Positions 24,150 to 39,887 of a stretch of 64,000 nucleotides of DNA are shown here, in pieces (the stretch's first letter is position 1; each line of letters opens with the position of its first letter). The notes under the pieces were generated by a model. That model ran no database searches and was not told the origin of the DNA. It saw only the letters and a list, made by a program, of their open reading frames with translations. The stretch is from Eledone cirrhosa (Eukaryota): positions 181,970,001 through 182,034,000 of the forward strand of contig OZ024743.1 in NCBI GenBank assembly GCA_964016885.1, in the 5' to 3' direction. A program made the translations under genes and the position numbers.

Positions 24150-24328
24150 AAGAAGAAGAAGAAGAAGAAGAAGAAGAAGAAGAAGAAGAAGAAGAAGAAG
24201 AAGAAGAAGAAGAAGAAGAAGAAGAAGAAGAAGAAGAAGAAGAAGAAGAAGAAGAAGAAGAAGAAGAAGAAGAAGAAGAAGAAGAAGAAGAAGAAGAAGA
24301 AGAAGAAGAAGAAGAAGAAGAAGAAGAA
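24150..24328. repeat. (GAA)~60 microsatellite
   Basis: Directly visible. Confidence 0.98.
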
Positions 24329-25019
24329 GGGTGGCGAGGTGGTGGTGGTGATGCTGATGATGATGGTGATGTTGACCATAATGTTGTTGTATTTGATATT
24401 TGTTGTGTTTTTTTTTCTTCTTTTTCTTTCTTCTTCCAGCAGGTCCTGTCAGAAGAAACCCTCACCAACTGATCCAGCTAGATTCCCAAAGCGAGACCCG
24501 CCATACACATGGATGTTATCCAACCATCTTTCTCGGGGTATACACCTGGTTTATCCCGTAAGATTTGTCCATCGTTTTTTTTTTCCCCGAGACATTCTAA
24601 CCACATGCCATAGTATCGGAGCTGTGATCTCTCAATACAAGTTTATTTTTTCCGTTTGTCAAATTGTCTTGTTTGTCTGTTTGTCTGTCAGTCTGTCTGT
24701 TTGTCTGTCTGTCTGTCTATCAGTCTGTCTGTTTGTCTGTCTGTTTGTCCTCTGTGTAGATATCTTGGTTGTGTCTGTCTGCCGGTCCTGTGTAGATATC
24801 TTGTTTGTCTGTATGTCTTGTGTGTAGATGTCTTGCCTGCCTGCCTGCCTGTCTGGCCTCTCTGTAGATGACGATGTTGGAACATGAATCGGAAGGAAAA
24901 GCTTGATGTTATTATGATGTGTAAAAATAGGAGTGGAAGGACAGACGAAACATTGTGTATAACAGACCTTGTCTGTGTATGGTAGAGGGTTGGTGTTAAT
25001 GCACTATCACACACACACA

Positions 25020-25565
25020 CAATCTAGGACATGCAATCTAGTAAACACCACACAAACACACACACATACATACACACATACACAGGCACATATTTATACA
25101 CACATGTATACACACACACATTCACATACACACTATCTATGACATGCAATCTAGTAAACATACACACACATGCATACACACATACACATACACACACAGG
25201 CTCACACACACACAAACAAGGAGATGCAATCTAATAAACATACACACACACACGCATACACGCATACACAGGCACACATTTACACACACACACACACACA
25301 CATACACATACAATCTAGGACATGCAATCTAATAAACATACACAAACACATACATACACACATACACAGGCACACATTTACACACACATGTATACACACA
25401 CACATATATACAATCTAGGACATGCAATCTAGTAAACATACACACACACACACGCATACACACATACATACACAGGCACACATATACACACACAGGCACA
25501 CACACACACGTACAGGCTTACACACACATGCACACACACACACACATGGAGGCACATACACACAC
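25020..25565. repeat. Five-unit irregular tandem repeat: conserved anchor CAATCTAGGACATGCAATCTAGTAAACA + variable CA-rich spacers
   Basis: Anchors at ~25020, 25135, 25222, 25311, 25411. Confidence 0.8.
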
Positions 25566-26363
25566 ATAATTTCACTCAAAAGGCAAGGGTTGACTGCGAG
25601 TCTGTGGGATATGACATTGGCCCTAGTTGCCACACAGTGGGATTGAACCTGGTCCTTAAGGTATGTGAAGGGAACTTCTTAACTCTTTGGTCATACATGT
25701 ACTTACACATACAGTGTGGGGGGAGTGGGGGTGAATGTGTGTGAGGGAGTGTGTGTGTGCATGTGTATGTGTTTGCGTGTGTGTATGTGTATGTGTGTGC
25801 TGGCCTTGTGCCAAAAAAGAAACAATTACTTTACATTTACTATTATATTTTCATGGTAAATACCTTACTTCACATAATATGGAATCTATGAGATTTTGAT
25901 ATTATTTATTTTGAGAACAAGTGTGTGTGTGTGCGTGTGCATGTCTCTGTATTTCTGTATATGTGAGTGTGCGTGCGCGTGGTTATGTGTGTGTGTGTGT
26001 GTAATATTTGTGAATGTAAGCGAGAGCGCATGTACATGCGTGCGTGTATGTGCGTGTACGTTCGTGTGTGCATGTGCATGTGTGTGCGTGCGTATATGTG
26101 TCGGTGTGTGTGTGTGCGTGTCTGTGTGTGTGTGCGCGTGTATGTGTGTGTGTGCGCGCGTGTCTGTGTGTGTGTGCGCGCGTGTCTGTGTGTGTGTGCG
26201 CGCGTGCATGTCTCTCTGTATTTGTGTATACGTGCGTGTGCGTGCGTATGGTTGTGTGCGTGTGTGAGTGCGTGTCTGTGATTATGTGTGTGCGTGTCGT
26301 TGTGTGTGTGTGTGTATGTGGTTGTGTGCGCACGTGTGTGTGTGTTTATGTGCGTGGTCGTGT

Positions 26364-26433
<70 letters not shown>

Positions 26434-27076
26434 GTGTGTGTGTGTGCGTATGATTTGAGACGACAAACGGAAAAAGAACATACGATAACAATAAAAGGTG
26501 GAGGAGGGGACACAAGAAACCATTGAAGTTGTGTTGACATTTCATATTTGCCTCTATGTGAGAGGAGTGTTGTGAGGTTTAGAGTAGATGTTAGAAATAG
26601 TTGTTGGTTCAGAAGGGAAGTAACACCCTTTGTTTGTAGCCAGAACGTCGGTCTTGTGTCCAGAAGTTCATCAGGCTGGTGTTTATCTCGGCTTCTGTGG
26701 TGTTAAAGTATTTAGACTACTAGAGGCTCTCCTGGACAGGACACCAGTCCATCACATGGTTAAATCCTGTCTCGAGCTAGAAGAAGAAGAAGAAGAAGAT
26801 AGTTGTGTATGCCAACCTCCGTCTAACATCTCATGGACCTTCAAGATAGGTGTAAGTCTACAAACTGGGATGACGATAGGACAAAAAGCTTGTTTCTACA
26901 TATTTATCTCACTACAATAACTATCACACACTTACATATATATATATATATAGAGAGAGAGAGGGGGGGAGTGGGAGAAAGAGTGAGAGAGTGAGTGAGA
27001 GAGAGAGAAAGAGTCTGCAGTGCTGAGATCGAAAAGACCACTAATCATGGGAATACTTGATGCATGGGGAGATGCA

Positions 27077-27164
<88 letters not shown>

Positions 27165-27964
27165 ATAAATAATTAGAATTTTATTTCTCACCCTAGCACA
27201 GCTGATACATAAATGTAAGTATGCATGCACACACACACACACACATATATATATATGGAGAATAGAAATAGCTGTGCAGTTGCTATTTAAGGTAACTTAA
27301 AATGCAGTGGGAATACGAAGAAAGCAAGAACGGGGGGGGGGGGATTTTTCCTCATCAGTTGTCTACTGAGGGTTCAGATATTTCTACGCTTTAAAGACAA
27401 TATATCTCGCCCCAGGGCGTCAATAACTGGATAAGTTATTGGGAAAACGTAGAAGGGAAGGAAGGAAAGCAAAAGGGAAGAAAATATTAAACAGTAAAAA
27501 AAAACAGCGAAAAAAAACAACAAATCAGGCAATGTGTGAGCAACTTAAGGTAAGGAAATCCAAGACCACTCGATAAGAGAACTTAAGTTCAAGACTGAGT
27601 GGTCGAGAGAAAAAAGACACACGTCTGATCGCCGCAATTGTAAGTGAGAAGAGAACTGCTAAACGGTCAGGCGAGGGGGTGAAAGTGAGATAGATAGATA
27701 TATATGTATATACATATATATACATATACCAAAGTTAGATTAAAGATGTCATGTCTGAGAATATCAGAATCATGCGCCATACCACCTGTGGAATATGCTC
27801 AAAGATTCCAAGTAGTAAATCCGAGCATTTATATTAAATCAAAAGTAGGCTGATATATATATAAAATAAACACATGAAATAATTACAGGAGATAATTTGT
27901 AAAGAGTGTAACCACAAATAGTTACGGGGGTAACATATCAAAAATTAACCTTGCCATAATACAC

Positions 27965-27995
<31 letters not shown>

Positions 27996-29049
27996 CGTAT
28001 TGGTTATATCGAACATTAATAACAATATTCGATTCGTTTGTGTATAAATATATATATATATATAAGACGAAGAATTTCCTTGTGTACCGTTTTGTACCAC
28101 AGATGCGATCTCACCCTGCCTCGTTAATGTTCTATCGACACCAAAGTTCTACGTTCGGGGCAATAGAATTGAATCCAACCACCAACAACATAGCTGGATG
28201 ACCGATAATCACACCAAACCGGAGTACTGTGATCCTGGTGATTTCGAGATATACAACCACTGACACTGTTACGAAGACCAGAAAACCATACTCCATAATA
28301 TTGAACCAAGTGATTGATTTGTGCGACCAAAATAACACCACACACATATTGAACTAGGAATATTGGATCCTCAATCAATGTCCGGGTGAGCAAAAATAGA
28401 TTTCTACCTGCATTGGAATTTACGAATTTGTGCATCTGCTGTGGTGTCAAAAATAAACGCGCATGACCGCACAGATAAACAATGGACTATGACACGTGGC
28501 TTGAACCTGTAAGTGAATTGAAGGTTCTGTAACTCTGATACACAGATTATTTATTATTAAGATGTATAAACTTGACATAACTATTATCATCTTATATTCT
28601 CTCAACTAATCACATTTGATCATATTTCTCTATCCCGTTTTCTCCCCCCATAATTATAATATTTTTATTTTTATTTGAAAAAATCGGTTTTTTTACATTG
28701 TGTTTTCCCCTCCAAATACTCGCTTATATTTCTTTATATATTCTCTATATATTTTTTACATATATATTTTTTATCTTTATTATTTCCACTTTTATCCTCC
28801 TTTATATTTTACCTTTTTATACCTTATTATAGTGTAATCTTCCCCATGCTTTATTATACATTATTAATTATAGATTATTATTATTACTCTTTTTCCATTT
28901 CTAATTACCTCATGTACTTTCTCCTCCGCTATATATATATATATATTGTATGCCCTTTGTGTTTGTGTAGCCTCTGCACACCCTCTGCACCATACTATCG
29001 ACGCCACCCCATCTATGGTTCAGCTAACCACTCGACTACCGGGAATGAA

Positions 29050-29389
29050 TATGACCGCAGCTAGTAAACAAGGACCCACACCCCACCCTCCCGCACCAAA
29101 TTTAGACTTATAGTCCTCTACTTTTTCTCTTTACTCTCTTTACTCTTTATTCTTGAATGTTTGGTTGGTAGAGTCCATAACACCAATCAAACCCCTTTTA
29201 TAGCTCTGACGAATCCTACGGTTACGTAAGGAAGAAACATTGTAAGCCAATAAAAATCTTTTGATGTTGTAGACGCTCTTGTGTTCTTTATCATATATAC
29301 GGCTCTGCTCCAAAGCATAGAGCTAATTATTATGCTGCCAATACCTTAATGGGACACGGGTATACAATACCTAACTCCTATTAACCTAA

Positions 29390-29390
<1 letters not shown>
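29050..29390 (+). mobile_element. pLTR-like unit with HHR at 29203-29247
   Basis: gct-CTGACGA-a-tcctacg gtta cgtaagga-a-GAAA-CATTG-TA-agc, then AATAAA; ends in (TA)n. Left boundary uncertain. Confidence 0.7.
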
Positions 29391-29429
<39 letters not shown>

Positions 29430-29433
<4 letters not shown>

Positions 29434-29965
29434 GAACTATGCCTGTAAATAACATTCTTTTTTCTTTCACATTGACTTATTATGCTCCACATTACGTCCC
29501 TTTTTTTCTTTTTTCTTTTTTCTTTTTTCTTTTTTCTTTTTTCTTTTTTCTTTTTTCTTTTTTTCTTTTTTCTTTTTTCTTTTTTCTTTTTTCTTTTTTC
29601 TTTTTTCTTTTTTCTTTTTTCTTTTTTCTTTTGTCTTTTCACTTCATAAACCTTGTTTGTAAATAACATTATTCTTTCTGCACCATTTCTTTAACATGTC
29701 CAACACTACCATTCTACACCAATACATATTATTATCATTTGATAATGCATAAAAATGCTGAAACCGGTAATAGACAATTATTAAATATATAAATAAACAA
29801 ATAAATGCCATTGTTAATTAATAAATAAATAAACTAATACCTTAACACTTCAGACAAAGTAAAATATTTCGTTTTAATCATTTTCTAACCCAGAAAAAAG
29901 AGAGAAATAAATAAAAAGGGAAAAAGATATATTTTTCTTCCTAATAAACGTCTTTTTCTCCCTGT

Positions 29966-29972
<7 letters not shown>
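29430..29972 (+). mobile_element. pLTR-like unit with U3-A8 HHR at 29735-29773; diverged inverted copy at 32069-32790
   Basis: tcat-TTGATAA-t-gcat aaaa atgc-t-GAAA-CCGG-TA-atag; reverse-complement homology to 32069-32530. Confidence 0.7.
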
Positions 29973-30000
<28 letters not shown>

Positions 30001-30229
30001 TACATGCATAAACACTCACATATACCTACCTGCATACATACGTACGTACATACATACACATATACATACATACATACATACATACATACATACATACATA
30101 CATACATACATACATACATACATACATACATACATACATACATACACATTGCTCTGGAACTGGACTACATAGATATGGAACGAAGAAAACGAAGGTGAGA
30201 TTTCCCACCTGCTCATAGATAACCGTGTG

Positions 30230-30340
<111 letters not shown>

Positions 30341-31780
30341 ATACATACAAACACACATACTTACAAAAATACCAACAAGACTGAATGCCTTAGATGGTTG
30401 GTTCTGACTAATGGTAGTTTATACTAAGTCTCTATATTCCTTCAATGTAATTATTGGCGGCGCGGGGCCTAGTGGTAAGGGTGTTGGACTTATGATCATA
30501 AAATCGTGGGTTCGATTCCTAGGCTGGTTTGCGTGTTGTGTTCTTGAGCAAAACACTTCAGCTGAGTACCAGCAATATCTGAGGGCCTCGCCCAGCAGTA
30601 TAATTGTTGTGTCTCGGTGCGTGGTAAGGGGCTTTCGTAGCATTCAAAAGATTCAGAGTTCAATATCAGACATGTCGGAGCGACCTCAACTAGCTCGTAT
30701 ATTTAATATTTGGTACAGTTTCTACGGGTGGATGCTCATCCAACCACCAACCAATTCAACCAATTTACCCGGGTTGTACTGGGTACATTTTCTTTTTTTT
30801 TTTTTCATGTAACCAAAAGTTTTCAGTCCATTGATGTGATTAAAGTTATATCTCTTGCTTACAGTTTTTAGAGTTTCAAAACTCTTACTCGGTCAACGGA
30901 AGACCCTACTCATGAAATTAACGTGTAAGTGGCTGAGCATTCCACAGACACGTGTACCTATAATATACTTTTCATGGAGATTCATCGTGACAATATGTGT
31001 GACAAAGCTGGCCCTTGTGCAGTCCATCTGACGGGCTTCCGAACAGTTTCCGTCATCACAAGGCAAGGGTTGACCCAAAACTACAAGAAATGACACAACA
31101 TGTTTTGCAGTGGAAATCCGGGATCTAATGATTGCGAAACGAACATTGCAGCATCTACATTAAATAAATAATAACAAACACCTTCAAAATCTAAAGTCTG
31201 TCTCGAGCCTCGTGGCTCATCGGGTTTCCGTGGCGTGATGCGACTGAGAGTACAAGACTTTCTGGGCAGGACGCCAGTCCATCTCAGGGTTAAATCGCCA
31301 GCTATTACTGGTACTCTTTTCAGCTGAGTATATTGGAGCAACGTAAAATAAGTGTTTTGATTTCGAACACAACTCACAACCCAGTTCAGGAATCGAACCC
31401 ACGCCATTATGATCGTAAGTCCAACACCCTCACCACTAGGCCATGCGCCTCCACTTGACCGTTCTGTGTTTGTATATAGTATACAGAGCGCCCCCCTGGA
31501 CATGACGCCAGCCCAACGTAGAGATAAAGTCCCAGCTATTGCCACTAGGCCATGTGTCTCCACTAAACCCTTCGGTATTAGTATATAGTAAAGAGAGCGC
31601 TCCGTTGAGCTATATTCTGTCAGTCATATTTTCTTACGTGTAAACCTACAGAGAATTCTACAAACTATGTCTGCTTAGTTACTCACATATTTACCGTGAT
31701 ACGAATTCTGAATTTTATAGCATGAAAAATAATTTGTCGTGAGTCATCGACCAACCGACATAACCAGTTACTTTTACTAA

Positions 31781-31832
<52 letters not shown>

Positions 31833-31860
31833 TGGGGGGGGGGGGGGCTATAAATATGTG

Positions 31861-31920
<60 letters not shown>

Positions 31921-32003
31921 TGTGTACTTATATATATATATACACACACACACACATATATATTGTGTGTGTGTGTATATCAATATATGATATATACATA
32001 TAC

Positions 32004-32062
<59 letters not shown>

Positions 32063-32809
32063 TATATATATGAAAACAGGGAGAAAGAGACGATTATTAG
32101 GAAGAAAAATATTTTTTTTTCCTTTTTTGTTTCTCTCTATCTTTTTTCTGGGTTAGAAAATGATTAAAACGAAATGTTTTACTTTGTGTGAAGTGTTAAG
32201 GTATTAGTTGATTTATTTATTATTAAACAATGGCATTTATTTATCTATTTATATATTTAATAATTGTCTATTGCCGGTTTCAGCATTTTATGCATTATCA
32301 AATGATAGTGAAATGTATTAGTGTGGTGTCACACATGTTAAAGAGAAGGTGCAGAAAGAATTTACAAACAAGGTTTATGAAGTGAAAAGAAAAAAGAAAA
32401 AAGAAAAAAGAAAAAAGAAAAAAGAAAAAAGAAAATAGAAAAAAGAAAAAAAAACGGTCATAATGTAGAGCATAAAAAGTCAATGTGGAAGAAAAATAAT
32501 GTTATTTACAAGCATAGTCATTGAAGTTAAGCAGATCAAAATGTGTTAATATAGCAAGAGTGGTTAGTTGATCCATGATTCCATGATGGAGGCAAATGGT
32601 GGACTGGGGTTTGATATGATTTCCCTTTATAGAGAGTTAATATGCAGGGGGAAGCAATTCTTGCTGGATGATATTTAATTATTTAAGAAAAAGTATTAGG
32701 TAGGGTGTGAGGGAGGTAACTCTTGTAAATGTTTGATTGTTTGTTGCAGTTTTAGATTTGTCCGACTTTTAGAGCATCAAGTAGGGTTGTTAATAATATA
32801 TATATATAT

Positions 32810-32978
32810 ATTTCCTGTCAGCATGACTTGGCAAGCTATTTAGAACACTGGTTTAACCGCGCTTTATTTCCCTCCGAAGAAGAGATATTATCTCGAAAAT
32901 TAAGGACATTTAAATAAATCTAAGGTAAAAAACTAATTGTCAACAATATCTTTTGCATTTGCATTTTTTATTCTATGT

Positions 32979-32980
<2 letters not shown>
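32810..32980 (+). mobile_element. ~170-bp pLTR-like unit with HHR-like motif at 32871-32905 (U4C)
   Basis: cct-CCGAAGA-a-gagat att atctc-GAAA-AT-TA-agg; (TA)n on both sides. Confidence 0.6.
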
Positions 32981-33021
<41 letters not shown>

Positions 33022-33046
33022 GGGGGGGGGTATATATATATATGTG

Positions 33047-33094
<48 letters not shown>

Positions 33095-33395
33095 CTTCTT
33101 TTTGGTAAATATCATCTTGGTTAAGAGAGTGGGACTGGCTTTGTGCAGTGCCTTTGCTCACTATAAAAGCTTCACGGCACAGGCATTGCTTTATATCTGG
33201 AGATCTCTCTGCACTTGTCGTCACATGGTACCATGGGCCTAGCACTATGGGTCAATAATTGTCACAAGTGTAGTGTTTGTACCAGAGTTTTCAAGTCGCT
33301 GGCTGGACTAAAGTCACATTCGTTCAGCGCATCGGTAGGAGTTCTCCTACATGGATATAAAGTAGTGGCCATACTCGAAAACGAGTTGGCAGCCA

Positions 33396-33435
<40 letters not shown>

Positions 33436-33914
33436 GGAACGATCGACTTTTGTCAAATCGGACTGAGGAAACAATGTTTCCGTTGGTTTTTCCAATTGCT
33501 AATACTATCTATCGGTCGCAACTCCAGGTAGAAGTGTCTTGTTCAAGGATATAACGCATCGCCTGGTCCAGGAATCGAACTCACAACCTCACAACCTCAT
33601 ATATATATATATATGCGTATATGTATATATATGTGTGTGTGTGTGTGTGTACAGCTTTCTTTATTCTCTACTTTATATCTCTTTATCTATTCTTACTTTG
33701 ATTTTTAATCTATTAAGCTACATGTCACCACACACGTAGCACTATAGCCCAGACTTCTCCAGAGCAGAGATTAACTTTTAAACAGTCCACACTTATACAC
33801 AAACACATACACACAATTTCACGCACACATGCTTATATATATACATATGTTATCTCTCACTCTCTCTCTTTATATATATATATATATATAAAGAGAGAGA
33901 GAGAGAGAGATAAC

Positions 33915-33960
<46 letters not shown>

Positions 33961-33972
33961 TATGTATATATA

Positions 33973-34008
<36 letters not shown>

Positions 34009-34037
34009 GCGTGCATGTGTGTGTGTGTGTGTGTGTG

Positions 34038-34163
<126 letters not shown>

Positions 34164-34370
34164 TGAGTGTGGTTATATTGGAGTTTACCAATATATATCC
34201 TGGTAAAGATTATAGAAGCTCAATGCTAATCAGTATCCTTGGTCAACCAGTAACCCAAAAAGGCTTAATGGGAGTCCAACCTCCGTAGATTACATTATAC
34301 ACTGTTATGGCACAAACTGCAGGGCTCAAAATTCAATAAATTAAGGACGAATAACCAGTTTACACTTATA

Positions 34371-34459
34371 ACCCTACGAACCTTTCAATATATAACAGCC
34401 GGCTATACCTCAATATATATACTGGGCATTAGTCAGCTGGTCTACATATCTTCAGGAAT
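34371..34459 (-). ncRNA. HHR-like motif with ~65-nt stem II, probably decayed
   Basis: attc-CTGAAGA-(tatgtag..cagctg..cagtata/tatattg..cggctg..ttatata)-GAAA-GGTTCG-TA-gggt; G-G mismatch in stem III. Confidence 0.55.
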
Positions 34460-35573
34460 ATAAATATTGTTACAAGTATCAAGATACGAACATGCAAAAA
34501 GTGACATCATATTACAGATTAGAGTTATATCATATAAAAAAATAAGCATGCCAAGCGTTATTATATTTAAAAGCAACAGATGGTGTAATCAAAAGCAGAT
34601 TTAGAAGCAGTAACATAAAAATTCAGTAGTTTTTTGCATTAATTCAATTACAAATGTATGTTATATTTATAAACCCAGTACAACCTATCACTTGGTTGGG
34701 TCGTCGGGGACTAAACCGGCAACCCCACCAAGTAAACTTGGTGAGGAGGGTGATTTTGGACACCTTACAGAACAAAAAACAAAACCTGACAAAGGGCGGA
34801 AGAACTCATAAGAGTCAAAGGCCATCCAAAAATGTGTAAATATGTATATACATATGTACATATGTATGTATATGTATGTATATATGTATGTATGTATATG
34901 TATGTATATGTATGTATATGTATGTATATATGTATGTATGTATGTATATATGTATATGAATGTGTGCATATGTATGTATATGCGCGGGGACATGAAAATA
35001 ATCGGGCTGGATACCCGATCGCGCGGTTAAACCACTCGGAGTGAAGGACCCCTAGCCTTTGTCAGGGCATTCTTCTAGGAGAAGGCAACTCAGGAAACTG
35101 GGATAACTCCGACATAAAACCTGCGGCTCAGTAGTTACCGATGATGTTGATCTTTTCTTCTTTTCGGGTTATAGCTACTGTCGCTCAGAGAGTGGGATTG
35201 GCTCAGTGCACAGTCTTTCCACACTTTTTAAAAAATCTCCACGCACAGGCATTGGCATAGAATTAATTAATAATTATTAATAATGTTATATTGTGCAATG
35301 GCCATACTGGCGAGGGGGGCAGCTATCATGTATGCATGTATGCATATACACTCAAATCTATAAATTGATCTGCACGTACACATATATTCATAATACGTAT
35401 ACAAGCATACATAAGTACATATATACGTAGTTACAAATACGTCCATAGAAGCATCTACAAATGACAGTCGTGATTTTAAAGCCTAACAGGAAATCTTTAA
35501 GTACGTCACTTGAAAGTAATTCACTTTATTTACAATAACTCTAACTGATATCTCTGCGGGAAATTCGGTTGCT

Positions 35574-35680
<107 letters not shown>

Positions 35681-36174
35681 TTTTTTTTTTTTTTTTTTTT
35701 TTCTTCTTTAAAGGAAAAGAATGACTTCACTTGTAGTTCGAAACAATTTAATTTAATTTCATAATATTATAATTAGTAACATGACCCTCCCAAAGTATAA
35801 CAATATCGGTTTCAACACACGATTTCAGATAAAGAATCTTGCTAAACAAATTCAGAAACGAAATATAATTAGTAAGTTCTTTGTTAATTTCAGTGGGGAA
35901 ATATTTTAAAGATTCCTGAGCTTAACTTTCTCGCATTCATCAGTGACGATTGTAAAACTGGTCTCAGGTTGTGTTGTGATGTGTGACTCTATATATAAGA
36001 TATTCGGGCATGTCTGGGGGTAGGGTGTTAATGAGTGTGGGAGTGAAGGAGTGTTGATGAAGATTTAAAGGAATTAAAACATTTAGGAGTGGAGTTGGGT
36101 GGTGTTGGGGTATTTATATATATATATATATATATATGAGTAGTAGTAGAACATTCAGTCCATGGGACGGGTTT

Positions 36175-36309
36175 GGTAGTAATTCCACAACAGTTAATTC
36201 ACCATTTCCGAGAACAATGTGTTTCACCTTAAACGGATCATCAGCTGGTGATCCGTTTTAGGTGAAACAAATTGTTCACGGAAATGGTGAATTAACTGTT
36301 GTGGAACTA

Positions 36310-36311
<2 letters not shown>
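36175..36311. repeat. Near-perfect palindrome centred on an HHR core
   Basis: Centre TCAGCTGG at ~36244; each arm reads CTG(A/G)TGA-tcc..gg-t-GAAACA..TTGTTC outward. Confidence 0.8.
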
Positions 36312-36339
<28 letters not shown>

Positions 36340-36347
<8 letters not shown>

Positions 36348-37735
36348 CATATACACCCACCTGCATATATATACACGCACTCACACTATCCACACACCCT
36401 ACTACCACTACTAACCCTCTCCCACACATCCACTCCAACCACCCCACAACTGATACCACTAACATCCCCGACCCCATGCACACGAACACACGCCTTCCCA
36501 CACACACACACCCACACCTACATACACCACCCACTCTACACACCCAACCACCACTAACCCGCACTAACACACCCGCATTCAACCTTTTCTCCACCACCAG
36601 TATACTAACACCCACTAACACTCCCTTTACCACACGCACTCATCCAAACACGCACACACACACCAGTACACTACACTCCCTCCATCGTCCCTCACACCTT
36701 TTCTCTCCCTCTCCCCGCTCCACCCACACCCCTTCACACAGACACACATCCCACCAACACCTCTACTAATACACACTCCATCCCCCACATGACCCCCCTC
36801 CCCACTCCACCTTTCACACCTACCCATCCTCTCCCCTGTCCACCGCACCTCACACACACAGGCACACAGTCCTAACCACCACACACTGACTTTCTCCACC
36901 TGTCTTTCTCCTCTACTGCTATGCCTTCATCCTGCCTTGACCCTCTGACCACTTCATGTTGCGCGCACACCCCACATCTCCCCAATTCCGACCACCACAA
37001 CCAACGGATTACACACCACCGGTCATCGTTCCAGCTATCCACTCCATAACATGAAAAATATCCGGCCTCCCATCCCACACTCCACGAAACTACCTTAGGA
37101 ACTTACCTACGGACATACACCCACAATTCTTTTTCGAACTACGCCACATACATCCACACCACGTATAAACACCAACACACACGTGCGTACTCCCACATAT
37201 ACACACTCAACCTCCGGAATCCTCACACCACCCTTCCCTCACCCCTCTGACCAGTCCCCATCCACACGCCCGCACACACCGACCTACACCCCACCCCACA
37301 CGCACCTTTTCCTGAACATGGAACCTCGTTCTTTCCCCAACTCTCACATTCACATACACACACACACACACCTACACCTACACACATACACAAACGCCAC
37401 CTTCAGCCCTCCCCGCTCACCCCCCCCCCCGCTCGGACCCCCCCCCCCCCTCTCCCTAGTCCACCCTCCACCACCCCTACACACCCTACACACTTCCACC
37501 AATTGTTTATCTTTATGTTTATTTTTATTTCTATTTGTACCCCTTCCACCGTTTTTCCTCCCTTTTCTCTCATCCCCTTTTTTCTAAATGTCACTCCACC
37601 ACTCCCCCACATACCCTCGGAACTCTCTTCCCACCCACTTTTCTCCTGAAGAAGGGCTTATGCCCGAAACGTCATTTCCCCTCCCCTCACTCTCAAGAGC
37701 GTGAAACTAATAAACCTTTGTTTGTACTGCCTCTC

Positions 37736-37740
<5 letters not shown>
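36340..37740 (+). mobile_element. Decayed CA-rich PLE 3' region with HHR core at 37646-37674
   Basis: CTGAAGA-a-gggc ttat gccc-GAAAC-GTC, followed by AATAAA; faint GIY-YIG-like remnant (NQRITHHRS...ILFEL) near 37000-37170. Stem I is not evident. Confidence 0.5.
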
Positions 37741-37785
<45 letters not shown>

Positions 37786-37803
37786 TGTATATATATATAT
37801 ATA

Positions 37804-37846
<43 letters not shown>

Positions 37847-37904
37847 GAAATACTGTTGGCTTCACGCTCACAATAATTTCTATACTTTCATTTATATATA
37901 TATA

Positions 37905-37951
<47 letters not shown>

Positions 37952-39714
37952 TGTATATATATATATATATATATACTGTATATATATATATATATATATA
38001 TACTGTATATATATATACAGTATATATATATATACTGTGCGTGCGTGCGTGCGTGCGTGTGTGTGTGTGTGCGTGTGCGTGTGCGTGTGCGTATGTGTGT
38101 GTGTGTGTGTACAGTATATATATTAGGTTATATAAGGTTAACGCTCGAAACAGCAGGAAGATGGTCTTAACATTTCAGAAACTAGTCCTTCATCAGAAGA
38201 AAGAAAATAGAAAGATTGAAGGGACTGGCGGAAAAAATGTTTTTAGAGAAAAATAACGGGTCCAATATATATATATATTTCTTCGTAACGTGTTATAATT
38301 GAAGATTCAACTCAGTTAGCCAAACTTAGATACCAATTCATTTGTTTTAAACTAACATTGTCGCCTTTAGATTTACGGCCTTTGTTTAAAAGGAAAATCC
38401 ATCTATTTAATGTTTCTGGGGACCTAGCCATTATATATATACAAGAAATGTTGACCCCAGAAAAACAGACTGCCTCTTCGCTTCTAAGCTGGCCAGGCAA
38501 CTCCGACCTATGTAGTTGACTGTTCTGGCCGAGCGTATCCACTTTAACAAAGGGTTAGTTAAATTCACTACTTATAAATTCTACATTCACACACACACAC
38601 ACACACGATCCAACCAACTTAACACACCGCAATTATCTGTGTACCTTTTTCCATTGTTTATTGCTACTGTAAATGTTTAGAGAGTAAATCATGCAACAAT
38701 AAAAACATACATAAATTAGCGGTGTCTTGTTCATTTGTAAATTCATATCATAGAATGCTTTCGGGTATTTGTTCCAGCTCTATGCTCTCTGAATTCAAAT
38801 CCCGGCGAAGTCAATTTTGCCTTTCGTATTTTCAGGGTTAATAGAATAAAGTACCAGCAATCCACTGAGGTCGATTTAATCGACTGTCTCCTCCCCACAA
38901 AAATTACTGGCCTTGTGCCTAAAATAGAAATCATATCTTTATATTATAGGCGGCGAATTGACAGAGTCGTTAGAACGTCGAATACAATATTTTGTTATTA
39001 GTTCTGGCTCTCTGCTCCCTGAGTTCAAATCCCGCCCCATGTCAACTTTGCCTTTCAAAGTCGATAAAAAAAGTACCAGTCTAGTACTGGGGTCGATTCT
39101 TCCTTTATATCTCTTGCTCACTTCCTCTCCTTTACTTTCTACCAATTACTGGAAGAAATGTGCTGTGTTCTGACCTGGAGAGGGCTAGGCTCCACCAGGC
39201 TTAAAATGCCCAACAAACGCCGTTATGCCACTAAGGAGCCCCTCTGATTCCATTGGGAGTTACAATTACAGTATCACAGCACCACAGCAAGCGACTACAA
39301 CTAATGGTTTCATTGACCATAGAGAGACTTCACAGTAACAATTCTCTCGACTCACTGAAACAATACTTCACTCACTTGTCATGGACTCGAACAACCAACC
39401 ACTCATTCAACTATTTCATCTACTCCTCTCACAAGTCCTAGAGCGAGAGAGGCGGACGTAGGGACTATACCAGTATTACTGAAGTATTTTGCAGTTAACT
39501 TAAATGTTAAGTGATTTCCTTTGTAATTGGAGTTCTTATTGTTGTTTTTGTTGTTTGTTATTGTTGTTGTTTAGTCCACGGTGAGTCAAGTTTGAGCCGA
39601 CCTATGACCAAAAATGTGTAATATTCAATTTTCTAAACAAAACAAAAATGTAATCAATTCATACCACAATAGATGTGTGCTAAGCCTCACATGTATGTCT
39701 ATATATATATATAC

Positions 39715-39887
39715 TAGCCCCGGGTCCAATTGGGGTGTGGTAATAATATATTGAGTACGGTACTCAGTATATTAGTAGAGGGTAAACATCATGTTTAATA
39801 TAGAAATGGCTTCTACAGGAAAGCCCTGACGATTTCTTTTGAATGAAACAGTTCTAGTCCTGTAGAAGCCATTTCTATATTAAACAT
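39715..39887. repeat. Fold-back (arms 39791-39820 / 39858-39887) with HHR core in the loop
   Basis: Loop CTGACGA-t-ttc tttt gaa-t-GAAAC...GTC; (TA)n flanks. Confidence 0.65.
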
